From the NCBI GenBank assembly GCA_964036045.1, contig OZ038379.1, forward strand, positions 19,344,001 to 19,408,000: DNA of 64,000 bases, in the 5' to 3' direction. Within the stretch, counting starts at the first letter, position 1; each line of letters begins with the position of its first letter. The translations under genes and the position numbers were made by a program. Below, one piece after another: positions 63,086 through 64,000 of the stretch. The stretch comes from Eutreptiella sp. 'Long Island Sound 2002'. Lineage: Eukaryota; Protista; Euglenida. The notes below the pieces were generated by a model. The model was given only the letters and a program-made list of their open reading frames with translations. It was not told where the DNA came from and ran no database searches.

Positions 63086-64000
63086 CAGCAGCAGCACACG
63101 CCCGGGGGCAGCCAGGCCGCACCCTCCCGCATTCAGCGGTCCCCACTTGCCGCGCACGTCACGGGGCCCGGCAGGCGCGCCTCCCAGTGTGCCCCGGCGG
63201 TTCCCGATGGCGACGCTGTCGGGTGTACCGGGGACCGCCCGGGGGCCGCAGGCCCGCAGCATCTCCTAAGCAACGCCGGAGGGTGTGCCGGGGCGGCCGT
63301 GGCCCGCGGCCTCAAACCCTCCCTTGCCAACGGGACCGAAGGCGTGTCCACCTCCCACTCCCCATCTCGGAGGCCTACGCTTCATGTCGTATACCTCGAC
63401 AGGACGGCACGGCCTGACTCGGGCGCTCGTCCCCGGTCCCGTCCCCACACGTCTGAGCCCAGCAGCCCCCTTCCCTCGGACCGCAGCAGCGGCCCCACGG
63501 CCGACGACTCAACCGCGCCGCCCCCGGCCACGCCTTTGCCCAGGGCGCGCCCAATGCCGCGCGCCCCGCCCCAAAGCGCTGCTTCGAAGCCTGCCGCCCC
63601 CGGTACCGCCGGCCCCCGCAGCCCCGGCGACCGGGCCACGGCCTCCAGTGCCCTTGTGCGCGTCCTGACCGCCGCCGGCAGCCCCCCGTCCAGCCCCGGC
63701 GACGGGCACGCCCTGGCCCGCGACCTGCGGGCGCTCGCCGAGCCCCGGCACTTCCAGTACATCCGGCGCCACCGCCTCTCGGAGCTCCGCAAGGCCTTGC
63801 ACCGCATGGCCCCCACACTCGCCGCCCAAGCCCCGAGCCTGGCGGCCCCGCTCGCGCTGGACACCCTTGATGCGCTCGCAGCGCTTGCCGCGTGCTCCCC
63901 TCCCCTGCGCCGTGCGCTCGCGGCCTCTGACGCCCCGCAGGCATTGGTGGCGCGCCTCCAGGCCGACCCGCACCTGCTCCCCCTCTCAAACGCCAGCGCC
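63086..64000 (+). CDS. Partial CDS, unknown protein (Pro/Ser/Ala-rich N-terminal part, then Ala/Leu-rich helical region)
   Basis: The frame is open from 63086 to the window end, so it is absent from the ORF track. First in-frame ATG is at 63554. It reads ...HALARDLRALAEPRHFQYIRRHRLSELRKALHRMAPTL...LDTLDALAALAACSPPLRRALAASDAPQALVARL with high GC3. Confidence 0.7.

Overview
Eukaryotic, repeat-dominated genomic DNA. It has GT-AG splice signals with CTRAY branch-like motifs, TTAGGG-type repeats and GC-rich coding islands. The repeat vocabulary (85-bp satellite, GGCGCCGAAGGCGCC motif) and a bipartite-looking leader on the thioesterase suggest a euglenid host, but this rests on recollection and inference and is unverified. 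Layout: (1) 1-16.9 kb is a graveyard of decayed elements: four Ty3/Gypsy pol/integrase remnants, a KDZ-like transposase frame, a PARP catalytic-domain fragment, a ~700-bp dispersed element and an (AAT/AAC)n microsatellite. (2) 16.9-19.7 kb is about 33 tandem copies of a hairpin-rich 85-bp satellite, which produces the spurious 440-930 aa ORFs. (3) 19.75-54.5 kb is a head-to-tail array of a ~9.37-kb unit (3 full copies plus a truncated, more diverged 4th). Each unit holds a 1.1-kb TIR-bounded insert and paralogous Gly/Ser-rich exons (A in all four copies, B in copies 1-3). Copies 1-3 also carry a ~590-bp TIR element with an 8-bp target duplication and an internal telomere-like (CCCTAA)n tract; copy 4 has the empty site. 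(4) 54.5-64 kb has dispersed repeats, an intronless acyl-protein-thioesterase-like gene with nucleophile Ser->Ala and an in-frame TAA, and a GC-rich CDS running off the end. No rRNA, tRNA or CRISPR was recognised. All family assignments come from motif recognition by eye, not from database searches.
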